Shown: positions 41,210 through 50,193 of the stretch, in pieces
How the letters are laid out: each line of letters starts with the position of its first letter
Position numbering within the stretch: position 1 is the first letter of the stretch
Origin: Candidatus Woesearchaeota archaeon
GTDB taxonomy: Archaea > Nanobdellota > Nanobdellia > SCGC-AAA011-G17 > JACPIM01
NCBI GenBank assembly: GCA_016188045.1
Contig: JACPIM010000002.1
Coordinates: 17,198-81,197 of the forward strand
Length of the DNA stretch: 64,000 nucleotides
Reading direction: 5' to 3'
Made by a program: the position numbers and the translations under genes
Notes under the pieces: generated by a model
Told to the model about the DNA's origin: nothing
Databases searched by the model: none
Seen by the model: only the letters and a program-made list of their open reading frames with translations

Positions 41210-42243
41210 TTCTCCAAGACCACTGAAACTTTTTTTGCGATAATATCCCAATCATATTCTTTGGCTTTATTTTTACCGTTCATACCTATAAAATTAGCAA
41301 AATTCTCATCATTAACTAATTTTAATAATTTTTTTCCAAGTTCATTGTAACTTCCAGGTTCAAATAATAAAAGATCTTCTTTATCAGAAAAAATATTCCT
41401 CATCCCATTTAGATTAGAAGAAATAACCGGTCTTCCAGAAGCCAATCCTTCTAACAAAGCCGGCCAAGGCAAGGCCTCCCATAATGAAGGATAAACTAAA
41501 ATATATGAAGACACAAGTTCTTGAAATAATTCTTTTCTATCTAAGATAAATCCCCTCCAAAGAATCTTGCTATCAGAAAACTCATTCATAAGTTCTTTTG
41601 CATAATCATTAATATTCCCGATTATCTCTAGCCTAAAATTAGGAATTTTATCTTTTATTTCATAAAATGCTTTAAGTAAATAGATTATTCCTTTTTGTTC
41701 ATGTATCCTACCAACAAAAGTTATCTTATTACTAACTCTAACTTTTATTTCTTTGTAAATTTTAGTATCAACGCCATTTGGTATGTAAGTCATATTATTA
41801 AACTCCTTTTTCAAAATTTCTCTATCAGCTAAACTGACAACTATAATCTTATCTGAGAATTTTAGAAAATTCTTGAATATAAACCATAAAAACTTATTAT
41901 CATAAAACTTGAATCCTTTAATTCCATGTATAGTTGCAACAGTTTTAAATTTAATTTTAAAAATTGGTAAAAATAAAAACAGGTAATTCTCATGTATATG
42001 CACCACTTTGAATTTAGATAAAAAGATCCTAGGAATTTTTAAAAAAATACTAATAAAAAAAAACAAGCTCTTTAAATAACTAATTTTAGTTTTAATTAAA
42101 TTAATTTCAATCTTATCCTCGCATAAACTCCATCTTTGGGTTAAAACAGTTACATTTTTTAATCTAGAAGAAACCTCAAATATATGCCTTTCACTCCCTC
42201 CTTCTAACGGAGGAGTCAATCCAATCATTAATGTTTTAAGCAT
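41203..42243 (-). CDS. GT4 glycosyltransferase
   Basis: GGSE, IPNGVD, FVGRIHEQKG, EALPWPALLEG. Confidence 0.92.
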   Translation of the reverse strand: MLKTLMIGLTPPLEGGSERHIFEVSSRLKNVTVLTQRWSLCEDKIEINLIKTKISYLKSLFFFISIFLKIPRIFLSKFKVVHIHENYLFLFLPIFKIKFKTVATIHGIKGFKFYDNKFLWFIFKNFLKFSDKIIVVSLADREILKKEFNNMTYIPNGVDTKIYKEIKVRVSNKITFVGRIHEQKGIIYLLKAFYEIKDKIPNFRLEIIGNINDYAKELMNEFSDSKILWRGFILDRKELFQELVSSYILVYPSLWEALPWPALLEGLASGRPVISSNLNGMRNIFSDKEDLLLFEPGSYNELGKKLLKLVNDENFANFIGMNGKNKAKEYDWDIIAKKVSVVLEKW

Positions 42244-42415
42244 TTTTCTTTCCTTATTTTGGGGTCTTAGCACTTTTTAAAAGGGCTAATAAAGAAACCT
42301 ATAAAAAACTACCGTTAATAAGGATTTACTACCGCAGCGAACACCATTTAAAGATAAAGTTTATTAATATTAAAATCAAAATCATTAAAAACAGGAGTTT
42401 TGTTAAAATTTTAAA

Positions 42416-43849
42416 ATGAGATTTAAAAGAGTTATGTTTGTAATACCTGCACAACAATTTTACTATCCAGACTTCCCGCAAGCAGGAATCGGCTACTTGT
42501 CAGAACTTCTATTAAAACACAGTATAGATAATTCTGTTATTGATATGCGTCTAGGCTACACCATAGAACAAGCACTAGAAAAAATAAAGAAATTTAATCC
42601 AGACTTGGTTTGCGTATCTTTAACAACGTATAACAGAGATATTGGATATGAAGTAGTTAATAAATTAAAGGAAAATAATTACGTTGTGTTTGCCGGTGGT
42701 CCTCATGTTTCAACTTTAAAAACAGCAGTTCTAAAAGAATGTAAGGCAAATTTTGCAGTAAAGTTAGAAGGAGAATATCCATTGTTAGAATTATGCCAGG
42801 GTAAAGAGCTAAGCGAAATAAAAAACCTAATTTTCAGAAACGGCAATGAAATAATTGAAAATGAAAACAGGCCGTTTATTTATAATTTGGATGAACTCCC
42901 CTTCCCCAAATATGAGAAATTTGAGTTTGATAAATATAAAAACTCAAGTATTTCTTTAGTAACATCTCGTGGTTGCCCATATCAATGCACCTTTTGTTCA
43001 GTAAGATTTGCATCAGGCATGCCTTTCAGGGCGAGATCACCAGAACATGTCTTAGAAGAAATAAAGTATTGGCACGATAAAGGTTTCAAATATTTCCACA
43101 TAATAGATGATAATTTCACTTTGCATAAAAGCAGAGTTAAAGCGATTTCAGATAAAATAATAGAATCAGGATTAAAAATTACTATTGCCTGTGATGGTGT
43201 TAGAGCAGATATGGTAGATAGGGAAGTATTAACTTCAATGAAGCAGGCAGGATTCAAATATGTTTCATTTGGAGTTGAAGGTGGAAATAATAAAATTATG
43301 AAAGCAATTAAAAAGGGAGAAACAATAGAACAAATTGAAGAAGCGATTAAACTTTCAACAGAACTTGGCTTTGATGTGTTCTTATTTTTCCAAGTGGGTT
43401 CTCAATCAGAAACTTTGGAGGATGTAAAGGATTCAATAAACTTAGCATTAAAATATCCAATAGTTGGAGCAAACTTTTATAACGTTGTTCCTTACCCAGG
43501 AACAGAACTGTTTGATTATGTAAAGAAAAATAATTTATTCATAATACAACCAGAAGAGTATATTAAAGAAATTCCTTATTTTGGAGATGATCCTGTTTTT
43601 GAAACTCCAGAATTTCCAGTAGAGGAAAGAAGACAAGCCTTGAAAATGGCTAGAGCAGCAGCAACAAAAATAAAAAGAAAGGCATTAAAAAGAAGACTTC
43701 AAAAATTAGGAACTTTTGGAAACTTTGCTTATCTATTTTTAAGATACGAATTTGTAAAAGAAAAAGTTGTAAATCAAACTTTGATGAAATCTGGTTTTTT
43801 AAGAAAAATAATCTCACCCCAAATATCAAAAATGTTTATAGAGAACTAA
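42416..43849 (+). CDS. Cobalamin-binding radical SAM protein
   Basis: GGPH, GEY, TSRGCPYQCTFC, PYPGT. Confidence 0.92.
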   Translation: MRFKRVMFVIPAQQFYYPDFPQAGIGYLSELLLKHSIDNSVIDMRLGYTIEQALEKIKKFNPDLVCVSLTTYNRDIGYEVVNKLKENNYVVFAGGPHVSTLKTAVLKECKANFAVKLEGEYPLLELCQGKELSEIKNLIFRNGNEIIENENRPFIYNLDELPFPKYEKFEFDKYKNSSISLVTSRGCPYQCTFCSVRFASGMPFRARSPEHVLEEIKYWHDKGFKYFHIIDDNFTLHKSRVKAISDKIIESGLKITIACDGVRADMVDREVLTSMKQAGFKYVSFGVEGGNNKIMKAIKKGETIEQIEEAIKLSTELGFDVFLFFQVGSQSETLEDVKDSINLALKYPIVGANFYNVVPYPGTELFDYVKKNNLFIIQPEEYIKEIPYFGDDPVFETPEFPVEERRQALKMARAAATKIKRKALKRRLQKLGTFGNFAYLFLRYEFVKEKVVNQTLMKSGFLRKIISPQISKMFIEN

Positions 43850-43902
43850 TCCTTAAAACAAATTTTATCTAAACAATAGTTTTATAAAGTATATTTTATA
43901 AT

Positions 43903-43954
43903 GGTATTGTCTTAATTTAGGGTGATGAATTTACTGTCTTATTTGGGTGATTTA
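43903..43954 (+). repeat. Left end: TIR plus subterminal repeat
   Basis: GGTATTGTCTTAATTTAGGGTGAT, then CTGTCTTATTTGGGTGATTTA (43934-43954). Confidence 0.9.
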
Positions 43955-43994
43955 GTCCTCAAATTCCTTATCTTCTTCTCCGTTAGACAAGGCT

Positions 43995-44045
43995 TTGTGT
44001 ATTAAGTAGCTCTTGTGTATAAAGTCTAATTTTTGTGTAAAAAGT
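43995..44045 (+). repeat. Three direct repeats TTGTGTAWWAAGT
   Basis: Copies at 43995, 44013 and 44033. Confidence 0.65.
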
Positions 44046-44190
44046 CCCTGAATAGTAAAATGATGTTTCCAACAATAAAAACACCAGCTAAGATAAGCCA
44101 GGTAAGATTATCTGTGACCACAGTTATAAACATAAACAAGATTGCTAAAATACTAAGTCCTGTTTTTATAATATCATTAGCTATTGTCAT
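44026..44190 (-). CDS. 54-aa two-TM membrane protein (not in ORF track)
   Basis: GGTGA RBS; MTIANDIIKTGLSILAILFMFITVVTDNLTWLILAGVFIVGNIILLFRDFLHKN. Confidence 0.55.
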   Translation of the reverse strand: MTIANDIIKTGLSILAILFMFITVVTDNLTWLILAGVFIVGNIILLFRDFLHKN

Positions 44191-44240
44191 TTTTTAATCA
44201 CCATATAACTTTAAATATTAAAGATTTGCCTTATTTAAAG

Positions 44241-46955
44241 ATGATGGGGACAACATCTAAGGAAAAGGCTAAAGAAGAACTTAAAAAACTTATTGAAGAC
44301 TTTAAGATTAATTATCAAGACTACAAGAAGTTAGCAGAAGCAGATATAGAAACAAAGCTAGTTGAAGAATTATTTATTAAAGTATTAGGGTGGACTAAAA
44401 ATGACTTTTTTAAACAAACAAAGACAAGAAGAGAAAGTAAAGGTGGAAGAGCTGATTACGAGTTTAGAATTAATGATAGAATAGTCTTTTTTTTAGAAGT
44501 TAAAAAAGTAGATGTTAATTTAGATAAAGAGGCTAATAAACAAGTAATATCTTATGCTCTTTCAAGAAGAATCCCTTTTGCGATTTCTACCAATTTTAGA
44601 CAATTAAATATTTTCTGTGTTGAACAAGAAAACGCAGTTAATAATGTATTTAGAACTTTTAAAAGTCCAGATGATTACCTCAACAGTTTTGAGGATTTGA
44701 TGTTTCTATCTAAAAAATATTTTGAAAATGGTTTAACCCTAAAAAAAGCAGAAGATGAAAGAAGATTAAAAAAGAGGATAACTATTGACAAAACCTTACT
44801 GAATGATTTTATGCATATAAGAAGCTTGATAGCTAATGATATAGAAAAAAATTATTATGGAACATATGGTATTAATGATAAAGACGAGATAGTACAAAGA
44901 ATTTTAGATAGATTAATTTTTATTAGAAAATGTGAAGATACGGGGATTAATCCAGAAAATATCGTCTTAAGAGAAGTACAATCATTACCACATAACAAAG
45001 CATATCCCAAATTAAAGGAAATTTTTAAGAAATATAATGATATTTACAATAGTGGGCTTTTCGCTATTACGAGAGATAATGATTGTGATACTATAGACGT
45101 TAATGGATTAATAATAAAAGAATTAATTGATTATTTATACGAATCCAAAGATAAACAATATGTCTATAATTTTGATTGGATTGATGCCGATATTTTAGGA
45201 CAAGTTTATGAGCAGTATTTAGGAAAGATATTGGCTCAAACAAAATCAGGTAAGGCTAAACTTAAGGATGGACAATATCATAGAAAAGAACAAGGAATAT
45301 ATTATACTCCAACTTATGTGGTAGATTATATTGTTAAGAGTACGTTAGGGGAATTATTAAAGGATAAAAAAATTGAAGTTAAGAAGTTAAAAATATTAGA
45401 CCCCGCCTCTGGTTCTGGGAGTTTCTTGATTAAAGCATTTGATTACCTAAATGAAGATATATCCAAAACAGATGAATCTAAACAAAGAAAATTCGATAGT
45501 CAGGGGCTTTATTCTATTAAAACAGAAATTTTAAAGAATAACTTATATGGTGTAGATTTGGATAACAAAGCTGTGGAAATAACTAAATTAAACTTACTCC
45601 TTAAGGCTTCTGAAAAGGATAGAAAATTACCTGAAGAACTTGATAGACATATAAAACATGGAAACAGTCTAGTTGATGATGAAAATATTGATAAAAATGC
45701 ATTTAATTGGGAGGATGATTTTAAAGAAGGTAGTTTTGATGTAGTTATAGGTAATCCGCCTTATGTTTTTACAAGAGATGTTGAATTTCAGGATTTATTC
45801 AAAAATTATGTAGCAAAACATTACTTAAATGCTTCAGAATCAATTTCAAAAAGCCATGCGAGACAATCAGGGAAAGTTAATCTATATGCTTTATTTTTAA
45901 TTAAAGGAATTAGGTTGCTTAAAAATCACGGCTTATTTGGATTTATTATACCAAATAATATCTTGAGAACTACTACTTATGACATAATAAGAAAATTTAT
46001 CTTAGATAATTGTAAAATTCTAAAAATCGTTGATTTGGGAGTGGGTGTTTTTGAAGGCGTTACTGCTTCAACTATAATCTTAATCCTAGAAAAAGAGAAT
46101 GAAAAAACAAAAAGGGACAAAAATAAAGCTAGTATTTATTCAGATGTTAACAATTCATCAGATAAAAAGGAAGTTGAACAAAAAGAATTTTTAGGTAATA
46201 CTAGCTATGCCTTTAATATAACTTTGGGAAAAGAAGATAGAACCCTTTTTGATAAAATAGAAAAAAACACGATTCCTTTAGGTGGAATAACCACTATCCA
46301 TGCAGGAGGGATAGCGACAGGAAAAAATAAAAAAGAGATGATAGAAAACTATCCTAAAAATTCTAAATATAAAAAGATGTTAGAAGGCAAAGACATAAAC
46401 CCCTACTATCCTCAATTCTCAAATAGGTATATTTTATATGAAAAGAAACTGTTGTATAGGGCAAGAGAAGAATCTATATTCCTAAACCCAGAGAAATTGG
46501 TTACGCAAAGAATAGGCGGGGGGAATAAGGTTTTGGTTGTAAGCTATGATAACCAACAATTCTATACTTTCAATTCTACAAACACCATTCTTCCTAAGGA
46601 CAAAAATTATCCTTTGAAATATCTTGTTGCAGTATTAAACTCAAAGTTAATAAATTGGTATTATGTAAATAAATTTACTAATAAATCTGAATTAACAGTT
46701 AATATATCAAAAACATTCTTAGAACAACTTCCCATAAAAGATACTTCTGAATCCCGAAAACGAGTAATTATAGAAATGGTAGATAAAATTATAAGTTATA
46801 ACAAAGACTTGGCAAGATTGGGTGATAAAACTACATCTGAAACTAAAGAACTGAATGATAAGATAGAAAAGTTAGATAAAGAAATTAATAAAACTGTTTA
46901 TGATTTATATGGGATTACTGAAAAAGAAAAGGAAATAATTGAAAAACTGGAATAG
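44241..46955 (+). CDS. Fused type IIG-like restriction endonuclease/N6-adenine methyltransferase
   Basis: N-terminal ADY..LEVKK nuclease motif, GIYYTP, ILDPASGSGSF, GNPPY, TaqI_C-like TRD; start placed at ATG 44241. Confidence 0.92.
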   Translation: MMGTTSKEKAKEELKKLIEDFKINYQDYKKLAEADIETKLVEELFIKVLGWTKNDFFKQTKTRRESKGGRADYEFRINDRIVFFLEVKKVDVNLDKEANKQVISYALSRRIPFAISTNFRQLNIFCVEQENAVNNVFRTFKSPDDYLNSFEDLMFLSKKYFENGLTLKKAEDERRLKKRITIDKTLLNDFMHIRSLIANDIEKNYYGTYGINDKDEIVQRILDRLIFIRKCEDTGINPENIVLREVQSLPHNKAYPKLKEIFKKYNDIYNSGLFAITRDNDCDTIDVNGLIIKELIDYLYESKDKQYVYNFDWIDADILGQVYEQYLGKILAQTKSGKAKLKDGQYHRKEQGIYYTPTYVVDYIVKSTLGELLKDKKIEVKKLKILDPASGSGSFLIKAFDYLNEDISKTDESKQRKFDSQGLYSIKTEILKNNLYGVDLDNKAVEITKLNLLLKASEKDRKLPEELDRHIKHGNSLVDDENIDKNAFNWEDDFKEGSFDVVIGNPPYVFTRDVEFQDLFKNYVAKHYLNASESISKSHARQSGKVNLYALFLIKGIRLLKNHGLFGFIIPNNILRTTTYDIIRKFILDNCKILKIVDLGVGVFEGVTASTIILILEKENEKTKRDKNKASIYSDVNNSSDKKEVEQKEFLGNTSYAFNITLGKEDRTLFDKIEKNTIPLGGITTIHAGGIATGKNKKEMIENYPKNSKYKKMLEGKDINPYYPQFSNRYILYEKKLLYRAREESIFLNPEKLVTQRIGGGNKVLVVSYDNQQFYTFNSTNTILPKDKNYPLKYLVAVLNSKLINWYYVNKFTNKSELTVNISKTFLEQLPIKDTSESRKRVIIEMVDKIISYNKDLARLGDKTTSETKELNDKIEKLDKEINKTVYDLYGITEKEKEIIEKLE

Positions 46956-47019
46956 GGTAAAATAATATCACTTTTAAAGAATAATAAAAATTTATAAAGT
47001 TCCAAAATTATATAATTTT

Positions 47020-47200
47020 ACTATGGAGTGTTGGAAGTGGTGAACCCAACATATGAAATGATAAAAGATAGGAGGGGCGATTTCTAAACTTGCCGTTTAA
47101 GGAAATCCCCTTCTTTATCACCATTTTTAAGTGTAAAATTAACTTTTTATAGTTCTTAGTTGTTGTATTATTAACCTTAGACGGCAATTTAAGGTAATGT
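47020..47200 (+). ncRNA. Candidate structured RNA/leader with complementary hairpin loops
   Basis: TTTATAAA box 46991-46998; hairpins 47029-47051, 47059-47120 (loop TTGCC) and 47174-47195 (loop CGGCAA). Confidence 0.5.
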
Positions 47201-47301
47201 ATTAATGCTGAAGAATTAACTGCTATTGATTACATAAATATATTCATAGTATGCCTAATTCTGAAGTATTAGCATAGCTATTAATGGAGGATTTAATTAA
47301 A

Positions 47302-48354
47302 ATGGATAGACAAATAAAAGTTGAAATAAAATCAAAAGATGGATTGAGGTATGGGGATTTAGAATATGAAGATTGTATTGAAAAATTCCCAAAACAAATA
47401 ATCACTTCTACAAATGAAGGGCATATAAGGAATTTTGATGAAGACATAGATTTAGATACGAAAGCTTTTCAAGTTTTTCTTAATTTATCCTTAGAAGAGT
47501 TAAATGATAATTTTAATTCCAAATCTAAATTGAATAAGATAAGGATAGCCAAGAATTTCATTAATATACCAAAACGCATAAATTGGATTTTGACTAAAAG
47601 TTTTTTCAATACCCCCAGAGTAAGTATAAAAGATTTGGAAAATTCCTTAAAGTTACAAGAACAGATTGGTTGTAAATTAAAGGCTTTGTATATCCCAAAA
47701 AATATTAAACCTAAATTAGCTATTCCAATCCTAAATGAAAATATAGACTCAGTAATTTATTTAGATATGAATGATTTGCCTACTGAATTTAAAGAATTAT
47801 ATTTACACTATTTGAAAATCGGAATTAAAATTATTTGTTTTATTATTAGACAACCTTCTGAAAAGAATGTTGAAAATTATAATTTTATTGCTGGTAGACC
47901 AGAAGATAATATCTTAAGATTGGCTACTCAGTTAACTAAACGAAGTATTATTGCTCAAGATAAAGCCCTGTCTATCTTTTACTATATATTAGGCTTTGAT
48001 GGTTTTGCTTTTAGGGGTGGTCAAAGACCATCTTATAACACAGCAGTTGAAAATCTGGCGATTTATAGAAGAGGAGCATATAAATTTGAAAGTATAGAGT
48101 CTTTTGATAGTTGTTCCTGTAAATCTCATAAAGGCAGTATCCCTTATGACAAGGCTATCGAATATCACGAACAAAAGAAATCTTCAATACCTTCTTCTTT
48201 ACATGACCATATAGAATTAAATGAAGATTTTGCTGAGATAAGAAGAAAAATTATTGAAGGTGAGATTAAAATAGAGGGATTAAAAGAAAAAATAGATTTT
48301 GATTCAACAATGAAGTTGCTTCTTGAGAGAAAGAGAACGAAGAAAAAGAATTGA
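47302..48354 (+). CDS. Divergent tRNA-guanine transglycosylase (TGT)-fold protein, catalytic motifs degenerate
   Basis: EIKSKDGLRYG N-terminus, LKLQEQIG, LGFDGF, CSCKSH..LHDH..EIRRKIIEG resemble TGT elements in order; GGAGG RBS before ATG 47302. Confidence 0.6.
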   Translation: MDRQIKVEIKSKDGLRYGDLEYEDCIEKFPKQIITSTNEGHIRNFDEDIDLDTKAFQVFLNLSLEELNDNFNSKSKLNKIRIAKNFINIPKRINWILTKSFFNTPRVSIKDLENSLKLQEQIGCKLKALYIPKNIKPKLAIPILNENIDSVIYLDMNDLPTEFKELYLHYLKIGIKIICFIIRQPSEKNVENYNFIAGRPEDNILRLATQLTKRSIIAQDKALSIFYYILGFDGFAFRGGQRPSYNTAVENLAIYRRGAYKFESIESFDSCSCKSHKGSIPYDKAIEYHEQKKSSIPSSLHDHIELNEDFAEIRRKIIEGEIKIEGLKEKIDFDSTMKLLLERKRTKKKN

Positions 48355-48564
48355 TTTGAACTGTTGGATATTCCTCTCTCCAAATTTTTTTATTTTTTTC
48401 TGTTCTATGTGGTTACATTCTAAAGGTTTATCTCCTATTTTCCAATTTTTACAACAAGAACACATATGGTTACTATTCCATTCTAAAATGAAATCTAAAA
48501 TTTCCCTTTCTAATTGGTCTTGTTTAAATCTCCATACTGCCTCTAAGTGAATAAAAGAAGTCAT
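48304..48564 (-). CDS. Small SWIM-like zinc-finger protein
   Basis: CSC-x(n)-CNH; start overlaps the AbrB-like gene stop; GAGGTGA RBS. Confidence 0.55.
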   Translation of the reverse strand: MTSFIHLEAVWRFKQDQLEREILDFILEWNSNHMCSCCKNWKIGDKPLECNHIEQKKIKKFGERNIQQFKSILFLRSLSLKKQLHC

Positions 48565-48707
48565 CTACGTTTCACCTCTATCTTAACTAATACAAGACTT
48601 CCTTTTTTAATCCCTAAAACTTCACATTCTGGCTTTGGAATATTTATACTAAGACTACTCCCATTATTAGAAATATACTGACTGAAACACCTCTCTTTTT
48701 CTTTCAT
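48561..48707 (-). CDS. AbrB/MazE/SpoVT DNA-binding protein (48 aa, not in ORF track)
   Basis: MKEKERCFSQYISNNGSSLSINIPKPECEVLGIKKGSLVLVKIEVKRR. Confidence 0.8.
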   Translation of the reverse strand: MKEKERCFSQYISNNGSSLSINIPKPECEVLGIKKGSLVLVKIEVKRR

Positions 48708-48800
48708 CTGATTTAATCTGATTTAATCAGATATATAAACATACCGATTCCACTACCGAAACCTTTATATATAAGTTATACTATCTATATTATATAGATA
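48706..48800. promoter_or_regulatory. Divergent promoter region with operator-like palindromes
   Basis: ATCTGATTTA twice, palindrome ATCTGATT-T-AATCAGAT (48716-48732), perfect TATCTATAT-T-ATATAGATA (48782-48800), TATA-like boxes on both strands. Confidence 0.6.
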
Positions 48801-48824
48801 ATATGAATAAGTGAGGTAATAAAC

Positions 48825-48947
48825 ATGGGAAAATTCATAATAGATTTACCAGAAGAGCTACACGATAAACTACGACATAGAAGCATAGACGAAAAAAAAG
48901 ATATTCAGCAACTCATATTAGAAGCCTTAAAGAAAAATATTAAATAA
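48825..48947 (+). CDS. Ribbon-helix-helix protein (40 aa, not in ORF track)
   Basis: GAGGT RBS; MGKFIIDLPEELHDKLRHRSIDEKKDIQQLILEALKKNIK. Confidence 0.8.
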   Translation: MGKFIIDLPEELHDKLRHRSIDEKKDIQQLILEALKKNIK

Positions 48948-48954
48948 AAATTAA

Positions 48955-48971
48955 GCGGGGACAAGCCCCGC
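48955..48971 (+). promoter_or_regulatory. GC-rich hairpin just upstream of the transposase RBS
   Basis: GCGGGG-ACAAG-CCCCGC followed by AGGAG and ATG 48983. Confidence 0.5.
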
Positions 48972-48982
48972 AGGAGTCCAAA

Positions 48983-50185
48983 ATGTCGCAAAACAAAATG
49001 AACAACCTAGAAAATAACAAGGTCTTAAACCTTAAAAAACTATCGCAGGATAGAACAGAAAGGGCTTATGCTATTCTAAGAAATGGCAACCCAGAAATAG
49101 TAAATGAACAGGAATTTTTAGTTCCAGCTTCTAATCCAAAATATAAATATAAAGTTACTCATGTAGATAGCTGGACTTGTGAATGCCCAGATTTTCAAGA
49201 AAGATGTAAAAATAATGGAATGTATTGTAAACATATTAAAGCAATACAGTTTTTCTTAAAACTACAGAATAAAGTAGAAGTTGATGAATTAAATTTTAAC
49301 ATTGAAGAAAGACAAAGTAGAAAGTGTCCTAATTGTAAAAGCAGTAAAATAGTAAGAAATGCCAAAAGAAAAACCAAATCTGGAATTAAACAAAGATATT
49401 TATGCAAAAATTGTAAGAAAAGATTTGTTTTAGAGCCAATTAGATATATTCAAGTTAATGCTAAAATATTATGCTTGATTATGAATGAGTATTTTAAAGG
49501 ACATTCTTTAAGGGATATACAAGACACTTTAGACCAATTCTTTCAAGTTAAATTATCGCCCGAAACTGTTAGAAGGTATATCAGTAAGTTTACTAAGCTA
49601 ATGGATAGCTATGTAAAAACAAAGGCTAATCCTGAAACTTTGAAATTAGGCGGAACTTGGCAATGTGATGAGCAGACAATTAAAGTAGGAAAAGAACTAT
49701 TATGGGATTGGAATGCGATTGATACTGAAACTAAGTATCTTTTAGCTAACAATATAACTAAGTCAAGGTATTATGAAGATATGGTTAAGATAGCAAGTAA
49801 ATCCAAAGAAGAAGGCGGTAGACCTGATGAATTTAGAACTGATGGATTACAAGGCTATAATAATGCAGTAAAAGAAGCTTTTGAATTAGATAAATTACAA
49901 TTTCCCTATACTGTCCATATTAAATCTAAAGGCTTTAGGAATGAAATTAATACTAATTTAATTGAGAGATACCACTCTGAATTTAGGGAGTTTGATAAAA
50001 TAAGAAGAGGGTTTGGTAATATGGATACAGCACAAGGTTGGAATGATGGCTATAGATTATTTCATAATGTAATTAGAAAGAATATGGCTTTGAATGGCTT
50101 AACTCCTCTAGAGATGGCTAAGGTTGATTTAGAACTCGGTAGGAATAGATGGTATGGGCTATTATTGAAAAGTTTAAATTGCTAA
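48983..50185 (+). CDS. IS6-family DDE transposase with N-terminal SWIM and Zn-ribbon domains
   Basis: CECPDF..CKH, CPNC..QRYLCKNC, HTH, WQCDEQ, WNAID, RTDG, NLIERYH. Confidence 0.9.
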   Translation: MSQNKMNNLENNKVLNLKKLSQDRTERAYAILRNGNPEIVNEQEFLVPASNPKYKYKVTHVDSWTCECPDFQERCKNNGMYCKHIKAIQFFLKLQNKVEVDELNFNIEERQSRKCPNCKSSKIVRNAKRKTKSGIKQRYLCKNCKKRFVLEPIRYIQVNAKILCLIMNEYFKGHSLRDIQDTLDQFFQVKLSPETVRRYISKFTKLMDSYVKTKANPETLKLGGTWQCDEQTIKVGKELLWDWNAIDTETKYLLANNITKSRYYEDMVKIASKSKEEGGRPDEFRTDGLQGYNNAVKEAFELDKLQFPYTVHIKSKGFRNEINTNLIERYHSEFREFDKIRRGFGNMDTAQGWNDGYRLFHNVIRKNMALNGLTPLEMAKVDLELGRNRWYGLLLKSLNC

Positions 50186-50193
50186 AAATTTTT

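Noticed and set aside
44184-44240. TTG start of the R-M ORF as given in the ORF track
   Set aside because: It overlaps the divergent small gene and promoter region; ATG 44241/44244 is more plausible
47023-47043. Leader peptide MECWKW as a Trp attenuator
   Set aside because: Only 6 codons and no link to Trp metabolism downstream; could be chance
47020-47200. Assignment as preQ1 or fluoride riboswitch
   Set aside because: I could not match the consensus motifs of either class; kept only as an unclassified structured candidate
47302-48354. Assignment as canonical Tgt or DpdA of a 7-deazaguanine system
   Set aside because: DSGG and the nucleophile Asp are not evident, and no dpdB/C or queCDE/folE genes are in the window
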